A stretch of DNA of 64,000 bases from Candidatus Accumulibacter necessarius (GTDB lineage Bacteria > Pseudomonadota > Gammaproteobacteria > Burkholderiales > Rhodocyclaceae), in assembly GCA_017302435.1 (NCBI GenBank), contig JAFLDL010000017.1, positions 14,492 to 78,491 on the forward strand. Direction: 5' to 3'. Each line of letters opens with the position of its first letter. Position 1 is the stretch's first letter. Shown piece after piece: positions 17,918 through 27,960 of this stretch. The notes under the pieces were generated by a model that searched no databases, was not told the origin of the DNA, and saw only the letters and a program-made list of their open reading frames with translations. The translations under genes were made by a program, and so were the position numbers.

Positions 17918-19018
17918 TCAGGCAATCACGCCCCCACCAAGGCAGACCCGGCTTTCGTAGACCACCACCGATTGCCCCGGCGTGATTGCCCATTGCGGCT
18001 CGGCGAAGCGGATCAGGCACGCGTCGCCGCCGACGCGTTCGATTTCGCAGGGGGCGTCGGCCTGGCGGTAGCGCGTCCTGGCGGTATACACCCAGTGTGC
18101 ATGCGGCGGCTCGCCGGCCACCCAGGACAGGTCCCAGGCGCTCAGCTCGTCGGCCAGCAGCGCCGGATGCGTGTGCCCCTGAACGACGTAGAGGACATTG
18201 CTGGCGATGTCCTTCCCGGCCACGAACCAGGCGTCGTGGTCGCCACTCGGGCCGCTCCTGCCCCCCTTGACGCCGCCAATGTGCAGGCCCTTGCGCTGGC
18301 CGATGGTATGGTAGGCAACGCCATCGTGCTCACCGAGTACCCGGTCGTCGTCGAGGCAGCGGATCTCGCCCTTCTTCGGCGGCAGATAGCGCATCAGGAA
18401 CTCCTTGAACGGGCGCTCGCCGATGAAGCAGATGCCGGTCGAATCCTTCTTCAGCGCGACGTGCAGGCCGGCGGCCGCGGCGATCCTGCGCACCTCGCGC
18501 TTGTACAGGTCGGCCAGCGGGAACAGCGTCCTGGCCAACTGCTGCTGGTTGAGGCGATGCAGGAAGTAGCTCTGGTCCTTGGTGCCATCCTCGGCCTTGA
18601 GCAACTGCCAGGCGCCCTGGAACTCGCGCACGCCGGCGTAATGACCGGTGGCGATGCGGTCGGCACCGATCTTCAGTGCGTGCTCGAGGAAAGCGCTGAA
18701 CTTGATCTCCGAGTTGCAGAGCACATCCGGATTCGGTGTCCGGCCAGCCTCGTACTCGCTGAGGAAATGGGCAAAGACGCGTTCCCGGTATTCGCTGGCG
18801 AAGTTCACCACGTCAACGTCGATGCCGAGGGTGTCGGCAACGCTCATCACATCGACCAGATCCTGGCGCGATGCGCAGTATTCGTCGGTGTCGTCGTCCT
18901 CCCAGTTCTTCATGAACAGGCCAACCACCTGCCAGCCCTGCTGCTTGAGCAACAGGGCTGCCACCGCCGAATCGACGCCGCCGGACAAACCGACGACCAC
19001 TGTCTTTCCCTCGCTCAT
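17918..19018 (-). CDS. mnmA: tRNA 2-thiouridine(34) synthase
   Basis: [43 protein letters not shown] (PP-loop), ...TGHYA...DQSYFL...: full-length MnmA-like sequence, 366 aa. Confidence 0.95.
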   Translation of the reverse strand: MSEGKTVVVGLSGGVDSAVAALLLKQQGWQVVGLFMKNWEDDDTDEYCASRQDLVDVMSVADTLGIDVDVVNFASEYRERVFAHFLSEYEAGRTPNPDVLCNSEIKFSAFLEHALKIGADRIATGHYAGVREFQGAWQLLKAEDGTKDQSYFLHRLNQQQLARTLFPLADLYKREVRRIAAAAGLHVALKKDSTGICFIGERPFKEFLMRYLPPKKGEIRCLDDDRVLGEHDGVAYHTIGQRKGLHIGGVKGGRSGPSGDHDAWFVAGKDIASNVLYVVQGHTHPALLADELSAWDLSWVAGEPPHAHWVYTARTRYRQADAPCEIERVGGDACLIRFAEPQWAITPGQSVVVYESRVCLGGGVIA

Positions 19019-19048
19019 TTTCGTCCCCTGCTAACGTTCGATTGGCGA
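18981..19048 (-). repeat. 68-bp copy B of the repeat (native mnmA 5' end, 12-nt spacer and 3' end of the upstream gene)
   Basis: Partner of 17744..17811. Covers the last codons of the 19031..19672 gene (SPIER*), the intergenic spacer and the first ~13 codons of mnmA. Confidence 0.8.
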
Positions 19049-19672
19049 ACCATCGCCAGGCCTCTCGGCGACCACGACCACCCTCTCGGTTTCTTCCTCG
19101 CCTTCGCCGTCGAGCCAGTTGGCCAGCGGCAGGACCACCGCCGGCTGACCGTTGTCACGAAACCAGCTGTCGACGACAAAGCGCACCGGGTCGGCCGCGA
19201 GCGGTTGTGGTTCTTTCGGTACCGGGGCGAACTCCTCGATCTGCGCCGAGAAGTGGACCGCCACCAGATAGCGGATGCGTCGCACCGGCTCCAGGACCCG
19301 GTGGAACTGCAGCCAGCCCCGATTCTCGAGCAGCCGCAACAGGCGCGTTGTGGTGGTCGAATGGTCGATGCAGTCCATCCGACCATGGACGCCACCGTCG
19401 GCCACGTTGCCGCCGCGGTCGGCGGCAATCGGTGTCTGCTGGCCTGCCCAGCCGAGCAGCCAGCCGACCGCCTGGGAGAGGTGGTCGCGCTCTTCGGCGG
19501 CGCTGCCGGCAGCGCCAAGCAGACCCCGGACCTGCGCCAACTGCTCACCGGCGTAGTGGACCTCCTCCTCGACCAGGCACCCATAGTCGTGACACACCTT
19601 CACCGTCGCAGCGGTGTCGGCGATGGCCGCCGTCGCGGCAGAGAGAAGAAGACAAAGCGTCAGCCAGCGCAT
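19031..19672 (-). CDS. hypothetical exported protein
   Basis: Signal peptide MRWLTLCLLLSAATAAIADTA. No motif I recognise. Lies between nudJ and mnmA on the same strand and overlaps nudJ by 13 nt. Confidence 0.55.
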   Translation of the reverse strand: MRWLTLCLLLSAATAAIADTAATVKVCHDYGCLVEEEVHYAGEQLAQVRGLLGAAGSAAEERDHLSQAVGWLLGWAGQQTPIAADRGGNVADGGVHGRMDCIDHSTTTTRLLRLLENRGWLQFHRVLEPVRRIRYLVAVHFSAQIEEFAPVPKEPQPLAADPVRFVVDSWFRDNGQPAVVLPLANWLDGEGEEETERVVVVAERPGDGSPIER

Positions 19673-20115
19673 GTCTCGTGGTGCAGCAACTCGAGGGGAT
19701 AGCGCCTGCCGGCCAGCCAGTCCTCGATACAGCGCAGCACCAGCGGACTGCGGTGCTGCGCCTGCAGCGCCCGGATTTGATCGAGTGTCAGCCAGTGAGC
19801 CGCCAGGATGCCCTCGTCGAGCGGCCGGCCGGGATCATGCGCGCTGATTTCGCCACCGAAGGCGAAACGCAGATAGGTCACATTCCTCGCCTCGTTGCGG
19901 TAGTTGTAGATCCCGACCAGATACTGCGGATTCAGGCGATACGCTGTCTCTTCGAGTGTTTCGCGGATCACGGCATCGATCAGTGACTCGCCGCATTCCA
20001 GGTGGCCAGCCGGCTGGTTATAACAGACGCCGTACTCGGTGTCCTCCTCGACCAGCAGGAAGCGACCCTCCCGTTCGAGCACCGAAGCGACCGTCACATT
20101 GGGTTTCCAGACCAT
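19660..20115 (-). CDS. nudJ: NUDIX hydrolase, NudJ-like
   Basis: MVWKPNVTVASVLEREGRFLLVEE...QPAGHLECGESLIDAVIRETLEETAY parallels E. coli NudJ (MFKPHVTVACVV...NQPAGHLEADETL...ELWEETG) and carries the Nudix box GX5EX7REUXEEXGU. Adjacency to mnmA matches E. coli. Confidence 0.8.
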   Translation of the reverse strand: MVWKPNVTVASVLEREGRFLLVEEDTEYGVCYNQPAGHLECGESLIDAVIRETLEETAYRLNPQYLVGIYNYRNEARNVTYLRFAFGGEISAHDPGRPLDEGILAAHWLTLDQIRALQAQHRSPLVLRCIEDWLAGRRYPLELLHHETCAG

Positions 20116-20220
20116 TGCAGAAGCCTTGAATTGGGGACCAAGCGCCATTTTACCGCCAACCGGGGGGCGAAATCGGCTAGAATTTCCGCTTCAGGGTTTC
20201 CGGCAAAGGGAGAGCGGGCC

Positions 20221-21141
20221 ATGTCCATGGCGGATCGTGACGGCTTCATCTGGTATGACGGCAAGCTGGTGCCATGGCGCCAGGCCACCACCCATGTACT
20301 GACGCACACCCTGCACTACGGCATGGGCGTTTTCGAGGGCATCCGCGCCTACAAGGCCGAAAAGGGCACCGCCATTTTCCGGCTCGACGAACACACCGAC
20401 CGCCTGTTCAACTCGGCGTACATCTTCCAGATGAAGATGCCTTACGACAAGGAAACTCTGCTCGAAGCGCAGAAGGAAGTTGTCCGCGCCAACCAGCTCG
20501 AATCCTGCTACATCCGGCCGATCGTTTTCTATGGCTCCGAGGCCATGGGCATCGCAGCCACGGCGGTCAGCACGCACGTGGCGGTGGCCGCCTGGCCGTG
20601 GGGCGCCTACCTCGGCGCCGAGGGGATGGAGAAAGGGATCCGCGTCAAGACTTCGTCCTTCACCCGGCATCACGTGAACATCAACATGTGCCGCTCGAAG
20701 TCGGTCGGCACCTACACCAACTCGATCCTCGCTCACCAGGAGGTGGCGCACGATGGCTACGACGAGGCGCTGCTGCTCGACGTTGACGGCTACGTTGCCG
20801 AAGGTGCCGGCGAGAACGTCTTCATCGTCAAGAAAGGCAAACTGTACACCCCGGATCTGACCTCCTGCCTGGAGGGGATTACCCGCGCCTCGGTGCTGCA
20901 ACTGGCTGACGAGCTGGGAATCCCGGTGATCGAAAAACGCATCACGCGCGACGAAGTGTATTGCGCGGACGAGGCCTTCTTTACCGGTACGGCGGCTGAA
21001 GTGACGCCCATCCGCGAACTCGACAATCGCCAGATCGGTCCCGGCCACCGGGGACCGATCACGACCAGAATCCAGAGTCTGTTCTTCGACTGCGTCAACG
21101 GCCGCGTGCCGGCGCATGAAGACTGGCTCGCCTACGTCTAA
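20221..21141 (+). CDS. ilvE: branched-chain amino acid aminotransferase
   Basis: MSMADRDGFIWYDGKLVPWRQATTHVLTHTLHYGMGVFEGIRAY..., 306 aa, class IV aminotransferase pattern. Start at internal ATG 20221. Confidence 0.9.
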   Translation: MSMADRDGFIWYDGKLVPWRQATTHVLTHTLHYGMGVFEGIRAYKAEKGTAIFRLDEHTDRLFNSAYIFQMKMPYDKETLLEAQKEVVRANQLESCYIRPIVFYGSEAMGIAATAVSTHVAVAAWPWGAYLGAEGMEKGIRVKTSSFTRHHVNINMCRSKSVGTYTNSILAHQEVAHDGYDEALLLDVDGYVAEGAGENVFIVKKGKLYTPDLTSCLEGITRASVLQLADELGIPVIEKRITRDEVYCADEAFFTGTAAEVTPIRELDNRQIGPGHRGPITTRIQSLFFDCVNGRVPAHEDWLAYV

Positions 21142-21167
21142 TTTCAGCCTGCAAGGTTGCCACAATC

Positions 21168-21365
21168 ATGTCCCAGACCGCCCCGCAGAAGCCCATCGAG
21201 GTCACCGCTCACGACTTGCCGCTGCACTGCCCGACCAAGGATGCACCGCTCTGGGCAAGGCATCCGCGCGTCTTTCTCGACGTCACGCACAGCGGCCAAG
21301 TCGTCTGTCCCTACTGCAGCGCCCACTACGTCTTCAAGGGTGAACTGCCGACGGGGCACCACTGA
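21168..21365 (+). CDS. small zinc-finger (CHCC-type) protein
   Basis: 65 aa with ...LHCP...VVCPYCSAHY. This small gene is commonly found between ilvE and waaF in related genomes (recollection, not verified). Confidence 0.65.
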   Translation: MSQTAPQKPIEVTAHDLPLHCPTKDAPLWARHPRVFLDVTHSGQVVCPYCSAHYVFKGELPTGHH

Positions 21366-21403
21366 CCGTCACCCGGCGCGGGTAGCCGGCTGAACAGCCA
21401 CCC

Positions 21404-22420
21404 ATGAAGGCACTCATCGTCGCCCCATCCTGGATCGGCGACACGGTATTGGCGCAAGCGCTCTTCATCCGACTGCACGAACGGATCCCCGGCCTGCAAC
21501 TCGACGCTCTCGCACCCCGCTGGGTGGCACCGGTCCTTGAACGCATGCCGGAGATTGCCGAGGTCGTCGATAGCCCCTTTGTCCATGGCGAGCTGTCACT
21601 GAAGGCACGTCAGCGGGTGGCTCGTCAGCTGGCGCAACGCGGGTATCAGCGAGCCTACGTGCTACCCAATTCGATCAAATCGGCACTGATCCCGTTCTTT
21701 GCCGACATTCCCGAGCGCATCGGCTTCGTCGGCGAAAGTCGCTACGGCCTGATCAACCGCCGGCACACGCTGAACAAGGCGCTGCTGCCACAGATGGCCG
21801 AACGCTTCGCGCAACTCGCCGAGGCGCCAGGGGCGCCACTCGTCAGGCCAATCCCCCAGCCACGACTGAGATCCGGCAGCGAGCAACGCGCTGCCACGCT
21901 GATCGCACTGGGGGTTGCTCTCCCCGAGAAGCTGGCCGTTTTCTGTCCCGGCGCCGAATACGGCCCGGCCAAGCGCTGGCCGACACGGCATTTCGCCGCC
22001 CTGGCTGATTCGCTGGCTAAGGCGGGTTACGCGGTGTGGCTGCTAGGCTCGGCGAAAGACCGGGCCATCGGTGAGCAGATCGTCGACCAGGCACAGCCGG
22101 CCAACCTGCCGCTCAACCTCTGCGGCGCCACCTCGCTGACCCAGGCCATCGACCTGCTGGCAGCAGCGGCGTTCGTCGTCTGCAACGATTCGGGCCTGAT
22201 GCACGTCGCCGCCGCCCTCGGACGACCGCTGATCGCGCTGTATGGCTCGTCGTCCCCCGGCTTCACGCCGCCGCTCTCGGAGAAGGCAAGGATCCTCAGT
22301 CTTGAGCTTGACTGCAGCCCCTGCTTCAAGCGCCAATGCCCGCTGGGCCATCTCGACTGCCTCAACAAGCTCGACCCGCAGCGGGTTCTGGCAGCCTGCC
22401 TGGCCAGGGCGCTCGCATGA
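21404..22420 (+). CDS. waaF: ADP-heptose:LPS heptosyltransferase II
   Basis: MKALIVAPSWIGDTVLAQALF...FCPGAEYGPAKRWP...NDSGLMHVAAALGRPLIALYGSSSP are glycosyltransferase family 9 signatures. Confidence 0.85.
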   Translation: MKALIVAPSWIGDTVLAQALFIRLHERIPGLQLDALAPRWVAPVLERMPEIAEVVDSPFVHGELSLKARQRVARQLAQRGYQRAYVLPNSIKSALIPFFADIPERIGFVGESRYGLINRRHTLNKALLPQMAERFAQLAEAPGAPLVRPIPQPRLRSGSEQRAATLIALGVALPEKLAVFCPGAEYGPAKRWPTRHFAALADSLAKAGYAVWLLGSAKDRAIGEQIVDQAQPANLPLNLCGATSLTQAIDLLAAAAFVVCNDSGLMHVAAALGRPLIALYGSSSPGFTPPLSEKARILSLELDCSPCFKRQCPLGHLDCLNKLDPQRVLAACLARALA

Positions 22421-22860
22421 TTGTCGTCTTTGCCACGCCTGAAGATGTCGAAACGGCCTTCTACGAGGCGATCGCACGTGCCGATCTGGTCGCCCTGATG
22501 AGTGTCTGGGCGGACGACGAAGAGATCGTCTGCATTCACCCCACCGGCCAGCGCCTGACCGGTGCCGAGGCGATCCGCAACAGTTGGCGCGGCATCTTTG
22601 CCAACAACCCCCGCCTGATGGTACGCCTGTCGCGCGGCGTTCGCTGGAACGGCATGCTGCTGTCGGTGCACAACGTCGTCGAGACCCTGTACATCGGCGA
22701 GGAGCGCAAACCGCAGGGCCCGATGCTGGCGACCAATGTCTTCCAGCGTGGCGCCAGCGGCTGGCGCCTGCTCGCGCACCACTCCTCGAGCGCCGCCGAT
22801 CGGGACGCCGCCGATAGCAGCGGAGCCGGCGAGCGCAGCGGGCCGCGGACGCTGCATTGA
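22417..22860 (+). CDS. SnoaL/NTF2-like (DUF4440-type) protein
   Basis: MIVVFATPEDVETAFYEAIARADLVALMSVWADDEEIVCIHPTG...AIRNSW. The ATG overlaps the waaF stop (ATGA). Confidence 0.6.
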   Translation: MIVVFATPEDVETAFYEAIARADLVALMSVWADDEEIVCIHPTGQRLTGAEAIRNSWRGIFANNPRLMVRLSRGVRWNGMLLSVHNVVETLYIGEERKPQGPMLATNVFQRGASGWRLLAHHSSSAADRDAADSSGAGERSGPRTLH

Positions 22861-23828
22861 CCAGCTACCGTGCGCCCGGCTGGCTACCCGGTGGCCACGC
22901 CCAGACCATCTACCCGCTGCTGATCCGGCCCGATCCCCTGCCCTATCACCGCGAGCGCTGGGAAACACCGGATGGCGATTTCATCGATCTCGACTGGACC
23001 GACGCCCCGGCCGCGCGACAGCCCCGGGATTCACGCCCGCTCCTGATCCTTTTCCACGGGCTCGAAGGCAGTTCGAGCAGCTATTACGCGATCACCCTGA
23101 TGGGCGCGGCCGCGGCCATCGGCTGGTCGGGCGTGGTGGTGAATTTCCGCGGTTGCTCGGGCGAGAGCAATCGCCTGGCGCGTGCCTACCATTCCGGGGA
23201 CAGTGACGAGATCGACTGGATCCTGCGCCGCCTCCGAGCGCTTTTCCCACTGCGGCCGCGCTACGCCGTCGGCGTCTCACTCGGTGGCAATGCCCTGCTC
23301 AAGTGGCTGGGGGAGAGAGAAGCAGGCACCAGCGATTACCTGCAAGCGGCCGCCGCGATCAGCGCGCCGCTCGACCTCACCGCCTGCGGGCACCACCTCG
23401 CGCGCGGTTTCAACCGCGTCTACACCCGGCATTTCCTGCACACCCTCAAGCGCAACGCTGCCGCAAAACTGGGCCGCCACCCCGGCATCTTCGACGAACG
23501 CCGCATGGCTGCGGCCAGTAACCTGTACGAATTCGACGACGTCGTCACGGCACCGCTGCATGGTTTCAAAGGCGCCGAAGACTACTGGCGACGAGCGTCG
23601 AGCAAGCCCTGGCTGGCTGGCATCCGTCTGCCGACGCTGGTCCTCAACGCCCGCAACGATCCTTTCCTGCCAGCGCAGGCTCTGCCTACCCCCAGCCAGG
23701 TCGCCGCCAGCGTACAACTCGAATTCCCGCGCCAGGGCGGACACGTCGGCTTTGTCACCGGCAGCCTGCCGGGGCAACTCGACTGGCTACCACAGCGCAT
23801 CTTCAATTATTTCCAGCACGAGGTCTGA
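22857..23828 (+). CDS. alpha/beta-fold hydrolase, YheT-like
   Basis: YRAPGWLPGGHAQTIYP...LILFHGLEGSSSS...AVGVSLGGNALLKW (nucleophile elbow GxSxG). TTG start overlaps the previous stop. Confidence 0.8.
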   Translation: MTSYRAPGWLPGGHAQTIYPLLIRPDPLPYHRERWETPDGDFIDLDWTDAPAARQPRDSRPLLILFHGLEGSSSSYYAITLMGAAAAIGWSGVVVNFRGCSGESNRLARAYHSGDSDEIDWILRRLRALFPLRPRYAVGVSLGGNALLKWLGEREAGTSDYLQAAAAISAPLDLTACGHHLARGFNRVYTRHFLHTLKRNAAAKLGRHPGIFDERRMAAASNLYEFDDVVTAPLHGFKGAEDYWRRASSKPWLAGIRLPTLVLNARNDPFLPAQALPTPSQVAASVQLEFPRQGGHVGFVTGSLPGQLDWLPQRIFNYFQHEV

Positions 23829-23829
23829 C

Positions 23830-25209
23830 ATGAATGCTCCCCTGCCGGCCACGATCTTCAAGGCCTATGACATTCGCGGTATCGTCGGCACAACGCTGAC
23901 GGCCGATATCGTCTGCCAAATCGGCCACGGCCTCGGGTCGCTGGCGGTTGAGCGTGGCCAGCGCGCGATCGCAGTAGGCCGCGACGGGCGCCTGTCGGGA
24001 CCCGAACTCTCGGCGGCATTGATGGAAGGCATCCGCAGGGCCGGCATCGATACCGTCGATGTCGGCTGCGTGCCGACGCCGGTGGTCTACTTCGCGGCGC
24101 ACGAACTGGGCTGCCAGAGCTGTGTCGCCGTCACCGGCAGCCACAATCCGCCCGACTATAATGGGTTGAAAATGGTCATCGGCGGCGAGACACTGGCCGG
24201 CGAAGCGATCCAGTCAATCAGGCAGCGCGTGGACGCCAGCCGGCTCATTCACGGCGCCGGCCAGGCCAGCAGTGCCGACGTCCGACCAGCCTACCTGGCG
24301 CGGATCACCGGCGACGTCCGGCTGGCGCGGCCGATGAAGATCGTCATCGACTGTGGCAACGGCGTGGCCGGCGGCATCGCCCCGGAACTCTTCCGCGCGC
24401 TGGGCTGCGAGCTGGTCGAGCTGTTCTGTGAAGTCGACGGCAGCTTCCCGAATCACCATCCCGACCCGTCGAAGCCCGAGAATCTGCAGGACGTGATCCG
24501 CGCACTGCGCGCGACCGACGCCGAACTCGGGTTGGCTTTCGATGGCGATGGCGACCGCCTTGGCGTCGTCACCCGCGACGGCGAAATCATCTACCCGGAT
24601 CGTCAGTTGATGCTCTTCGCCGCCGATGTCCTCAGCCGCTGCCCCGGCCAGCAGATCATCTACGATGTCAAATGCACCCGCCTGCTGGCGCCCTGGATTC
24701 GTCAGCACGGTGGTGAGCCCCTGATGTGGAAGACCGGCCACGCGCTGGTCAAGGCCAAGCTCAAGGAAACCGGTGCGCCGCTGGCTGGCGAAATGAGCGG
24801 CCACGTGTTCTTCAAGGAACGTTGGTTCGGCTTCGACGATGGTCTTTACGCTGGCGCCCGCCTGCTCGAGGTGCTCGCGCGCGCGGCCGACGCCAACGCG
24901 CTGCTGAAAGCACTGCCTGACAGCAGTTCGACACCCGAGCTGAACATCGGCATGCAGGAAGGCGAGCCCTTCGCACTGATTGAAGAACTGCAGCGTCAGG
25001 CGCACTTCCTGGGCGCCCGCGAAATCATCACCATCGACGGCTTGCGCGTCGAGTACGCTGACGGCTTTGGCCTGGCACGTCCGTCGAACACCACCCCGGT
25101 GGTAGTGCTGAGATTCGAGGCCGACACCCGTGAGGCACTCGAAAGAATTCAGGCGGATTTTCGCCGTGTCCTCAACGCGGCGCGCCCCGGTCTGGTGCTG
25201 CCATTCTGA
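23830..25209 (+). CDS. algC: phosphomannomutase/phosphoglucomutase
   Basis: MNAPLPATIFKAYDIRGIVG..., active-site loop TGSHNPPDYNGLK, metal site FDGDGDR, 459 aa. Confidence 0.9.
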   Translation: MNAPLPATIFKAYDIRGIVGTTLTADIVCQIGHGLGSLAVERGQRAIAVGRDGRLSGPELSAALMEGIRRAGIDTVDVGCVPTPVVYFAAHELGCQSCVAVTGSHNPPDYNGLKMVIGGETLAGEAIQSIRQRVDASRLIHGAGQASSADVRPAYLARITGDVRLARPMKIVIDCGNGVAGGIAPELFRALGCELVELFCEVDGSFPNHHPDPSKPENLQDVIRALRATDAELGLAFDGDGDRLGVVTRDGEIIYPDRQLMLFAADVLSRCPGQQIIYDVKCTRLLAPWIRQHGGEPLMWKTGHALVKAKLKETGAPLAGEMSGHVFFKERWFGFDDGLYAGARLLEVLARAADANALLKALPDSSSTPELNIGMQEGEPFALIEELQRQAHFLGAREIITIDGLRVEYADGFGLARPSNTTPVVVLRFEADTREALERIQADFRRVLNAARPGLVLPF

Positions 25210-25254
25210 TTCGCCAGGCCGTTGGGATAGCGCAGGAAAGCATGACCCACAGAG

Positions 25255-26508
25255 ATGACTGAGCAATCGCTGAAGAACGCCTTTCTCTTCCGCCAGCCGA
25301 TACTTGACCGGCAGCAAGAGCTTGCCGGCTACCAGCTGTCCTTGCGGCGCAGCGACGACCTCGCCGACGAGCGCAGCGTCAGCCGTGACGCCGCTGCGCT
25401 GTGCGCGGCCTATGCCGAACTCGGCATGCAGAGCGCGTTGGGCAATGCCCGTGCCTTCATCGGTATCGATGCCGACTATCTGCGACAGGAAGCCATCGAA
25501 TTGCTGCCCGCGAGCGGCGTCGCCATCGAGCTGAACGTCGTCAGTGTGCCCGACAGGGTGACACTGACGCGCTGCCAAAACCTGCGCGAACGTGGCTACT
25601 CGCTGGTGTTGACCGATTACCGGGGAATTGACGACCGCAGCCGGCCGCTGTTGCCGATGGTCGAAGTGATCAAGATCGACGTCAATGCCGCCGACCCGGA
25701 GCAGTTGCAGAATTTCGCCGGCTCGCTGCGCAAGCTGCCGATCAAGCTGCTGGCGCAGGGCGTCGGCAGCCGCGAGCAGATGGAGCGCTGTCGCAACCTC
25801 GGCTTCGAGCTTTTCCAGGGTCGCTACTTCGCCCAGGCCGAAATCGTCAGCGGCCGCCGTCTCTCGGCCTCGCAGGCAGCGCTGATTCGCCTGGTCAACC
25901 TCGTCGGCCGCGACGTCGATACCGCGGTCATCGAGGACGCCTTCAAGCATGAACCGGCGCTGACTCTCAACCTGCTGCGGGTGGTCAACTCGGTCGGCTG
26001 CCGTGGCAGCCGCCTGGCGCAGCCAGTGACTACCCTGCGCCATGCCATCACGCTGTTCGGACGCCGCCAGCTGCAGCGCTGGTTATCGCTCCTCCTGCTG
26101 GCACCCGGCAGCGACGGTGGCGACCCGGCCCGCTCGCCGCTGCTGCAGGTTGCCGCGCTGCGCGGACGCATGATGGAGTTGCTGATCGAGCATGGTCCGT
26201 CGGGAGACCACCGCAAGCTCGCCGATCTGGCGTTCATCACCGGCATCCTGTCGATGATGCCGGTGGCGCTGGGCCTGCCGATCGCAGAAATCCTCGAACA
26301 GATTGCCGTCGAACGCGATGTCCGACTGGCTCTCTCGGAACACCGTGGCGTGCTGGGCACCCTCCTCGCCTTGCTCGAGAGCTTCGACAATGACGACGCG
26401 GCGGGCTGCGACCGGCTGCTGTCAGGCCTCCCCGGCGGCTTCGACCGGCACACCCTGAACACCTGCCTGAGCGTCGCGCTGCGGTGGTTGAATGGCAACG
26501 CCGCGTGA
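25255..26508 (+). CDS. EAL + HDOD domain signalling protein
   Basis: The N-terminal FLFRQPILDRQQELAGYQLSLR...IKIDV...LLAQGVGSREQ is EAL-like. The C-terminal HDOD-like region includes PALTLNLLRVVNS. Confidence 0.7.
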   Translation: MTEQSLKNAFLFRQPILDRQQELAGYQLSLRRSDDLADERSVSRDAAALCAAYAELGMQSALGNARAFIGIDADYLRQEAIELLPASGVAIELNVVSVPDRVTLTRCQNLRERGYSLVLTDYRGIDDRSRPLLPMVEVIKIDVNAADPEQLQNFAGSLRKLPIKLLAQGVGSREQMERCRNLGFELFQGRYFAQAEIVSGRRLSASQAALIRLVNLVGRDVDTAVIEDAFKHEPALTLNLLRVVNSVGCRGSRLAQPVTTLRHAITLFGRRQLQRWLSLLLLAPGSDGGDPARSPLLQVAALRGRMMELLIEHGPSGDHRKLADLAFITGILSMMPVALGLPIAEILEQIAVERDVRLALSEHRGVLGTLLALLESFDNDDAAGCDRLLSGLPGGFDRHTLNTCLSVALRWLNGNAA

Positions 26509-26588
26509 AGGGATGCCGACGCCACGCCGGGGGAACGCGTTGCTGGTGCGGCGCGCCGTAAAGCTACGGCGAAACAGCCTCAAGCCGT

Positions 26589-27953
26589 TCAGCCACGACC
26601 ATCTGCCGCCGTGAAGCACCTCCCGACTTCGAGCTCGTTGCCTGCCTTGACGGCCTCGTATTTCTCCAGAAAGGAGGCGTCGATCGCCTTGAGATCGGCG
26701 CGCTGTTTCGGCTTGCGGTAACGCGTCAGATGACCGGGCCCGCCGTTGTACACCGCGTAGGTGCCGCGAGCGAGGTCGTCGGGATCACTGCTGACCGATG
26801 GTTCGCTGCGTGCGATGGCGTAGTCTCGCAGGTAGTGGTGCAGGATCTCGGCCCCTGCACGGCCGTTGTAGCCAACATCCGTCTGCAAGCCGGTGACATC
26901 ATAGAAGCCCCGCCAGACCCGCGGGTAGACCTGCATCAAGCCGACTGCGCCAACGCCCGACTGGATCGGCTGTACCCTACCCTTGCGACGAACGAACTGG
27001 CGCCAGCAGCTCTCCTGCCACGCGGTCGCAAGCACCAGATGGCGGTAGAGGTTATGGAACTGCGCGTCAAGGCTGCGCCCGGCATCCTCCCGCTCATTCA
27101 GCGTGGCGTCAGCGGTGCGCTGCAACAGGCTGCGCATCTCGGGTAAATAGGTGCTCAGATCGCTGCGCGTGGGAAGCCAGTTGTTCAAGCGTTTGGCGAG
27201 CGCGGCCGTCTCGGGGTCGAGCGACGCGGCGACTGGCAAGGGCACGGCAAAAGCCGCCGGCACCAGCCAGCGCAAGGGATCGATGGACGACGGCAAGCGG
27301 CTGGCCCCCAGCAGCCGGCTGCGCTCGGCGGGCGGGAGCGGCGCACCAAAACCAAAAAGCGAGCGCAGCTCGGGGTCGACAGCGAGATCATAGGCCAGCG
27401 GATCCCCGGCCTGCTCCGGCATGACCAAGCGTACCAGTTGGCGCAGTGTATCCGGCGTGACCCGGACGCCAAGGACATCGCCAAAGCCTTGCGCCGCCTG
27501 CAGCGCGTCGCCAGCCTTGAGCAGTGCCTGGAACTGCCTGGCCGCTTGCGCATCAAGTTCGCCGCTCAGGCCGCGGAGCAGCGGCGCCAGGCGTTCCCAG
27601 CTCAGCAGGAAGAGCTCGCGCAGCGGGTCCGGGATCGCGGCGTCGCTGGCGAGCAGCGCCACGCCATCGTGGCGGCCGCTCAGCAGGACAAACAGAAACT
27701 CGTTACGCCGGTCACCATCACTCGCCTTGCCGGCCGAGCGCTTGATCACTTGTGTCAGAAAGGCGTCCCACAAGTCGGCCGACTCGACCTTCGAGACTGC
27801 GGCGCGTGGCCTGGCCTGCCCGATCGGCACTGGCTTGCCCTTGCGCAGCACGTCCCCGAGCATTTCCCAGGGCCCCGGCTCAGCGTCGCGCGCCTGGCCT
27901 GGCGTCGCCAGACCGATGAGAAGAACGACGAGCAGCGGGAGAAGCGGCTTCAT
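26589..27953 (-). CDS. lytic transglycosylase domain protein (secreted)
   Basis: Signal peptide MKPLLPLLVVLLIGLATPGQA. C-terminal SLT motifs ...ESCWRQF..., GLMQV, AVYNGGPG. Start moved to ATG 27953. Confidence 0.75.
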   Translation of the reverse strand: MKPLLPLLVVLLIGLATPGQARDAEPGPWEMLGDVLRKGKPVPIGQARPRAAVSKVESADLWDAFLTQVIKRSAGKASDGDRRNEFLFVLLSGRHDGVALLASDAAIPDPLRELFLLSWERLAPLLRGLSGELDAQAARQFQALLKAGDALQAAQGFGDVLGVRVTPDTLRQLVRLVMPEQAGDPLAYDLAVDPELRSLFGFGAPLPPAERSRLLGASRLPSSIDPLRWLVPAAFAVPLPVAASLDPETAALAKRLNNWLPTRSDLSTYLPEMRSLLQRTADATLNEREDAGRSLDAQFHNLYRHLVLATAWQESCWRQFVRRKGRVQPIQSGVGAVGLMQVYPRVWRGFYDVTGLQTDVGYNGRAGAEILHHYLRDYAIARSEPSVSSDPDDLARGTYAVYNGGPGHLTRYRKPKQRADLKAIDASFLEKYEAVKAGNELEVGRCFTAADGRG

Positions 27954-27960
27954 GGCAATA

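Noticed and set aside
17972-19702. 576-aa plus-strand ORF
   Set aside because: It is antisense to mnmA and the exported protein, both of which have strong protein signatures. There are no motifs, and the composition is Arg/Gly/His-rich.
24214-26043. 609-aa minus-strand ORF spanning algC and the EAL-HDOD gene
   Set aside because: It lies opposite two genes with clear motifs (TGSHNPPDYNGLK; EAL/HDOD). Its composition is typical of a high-GC shadow frame.
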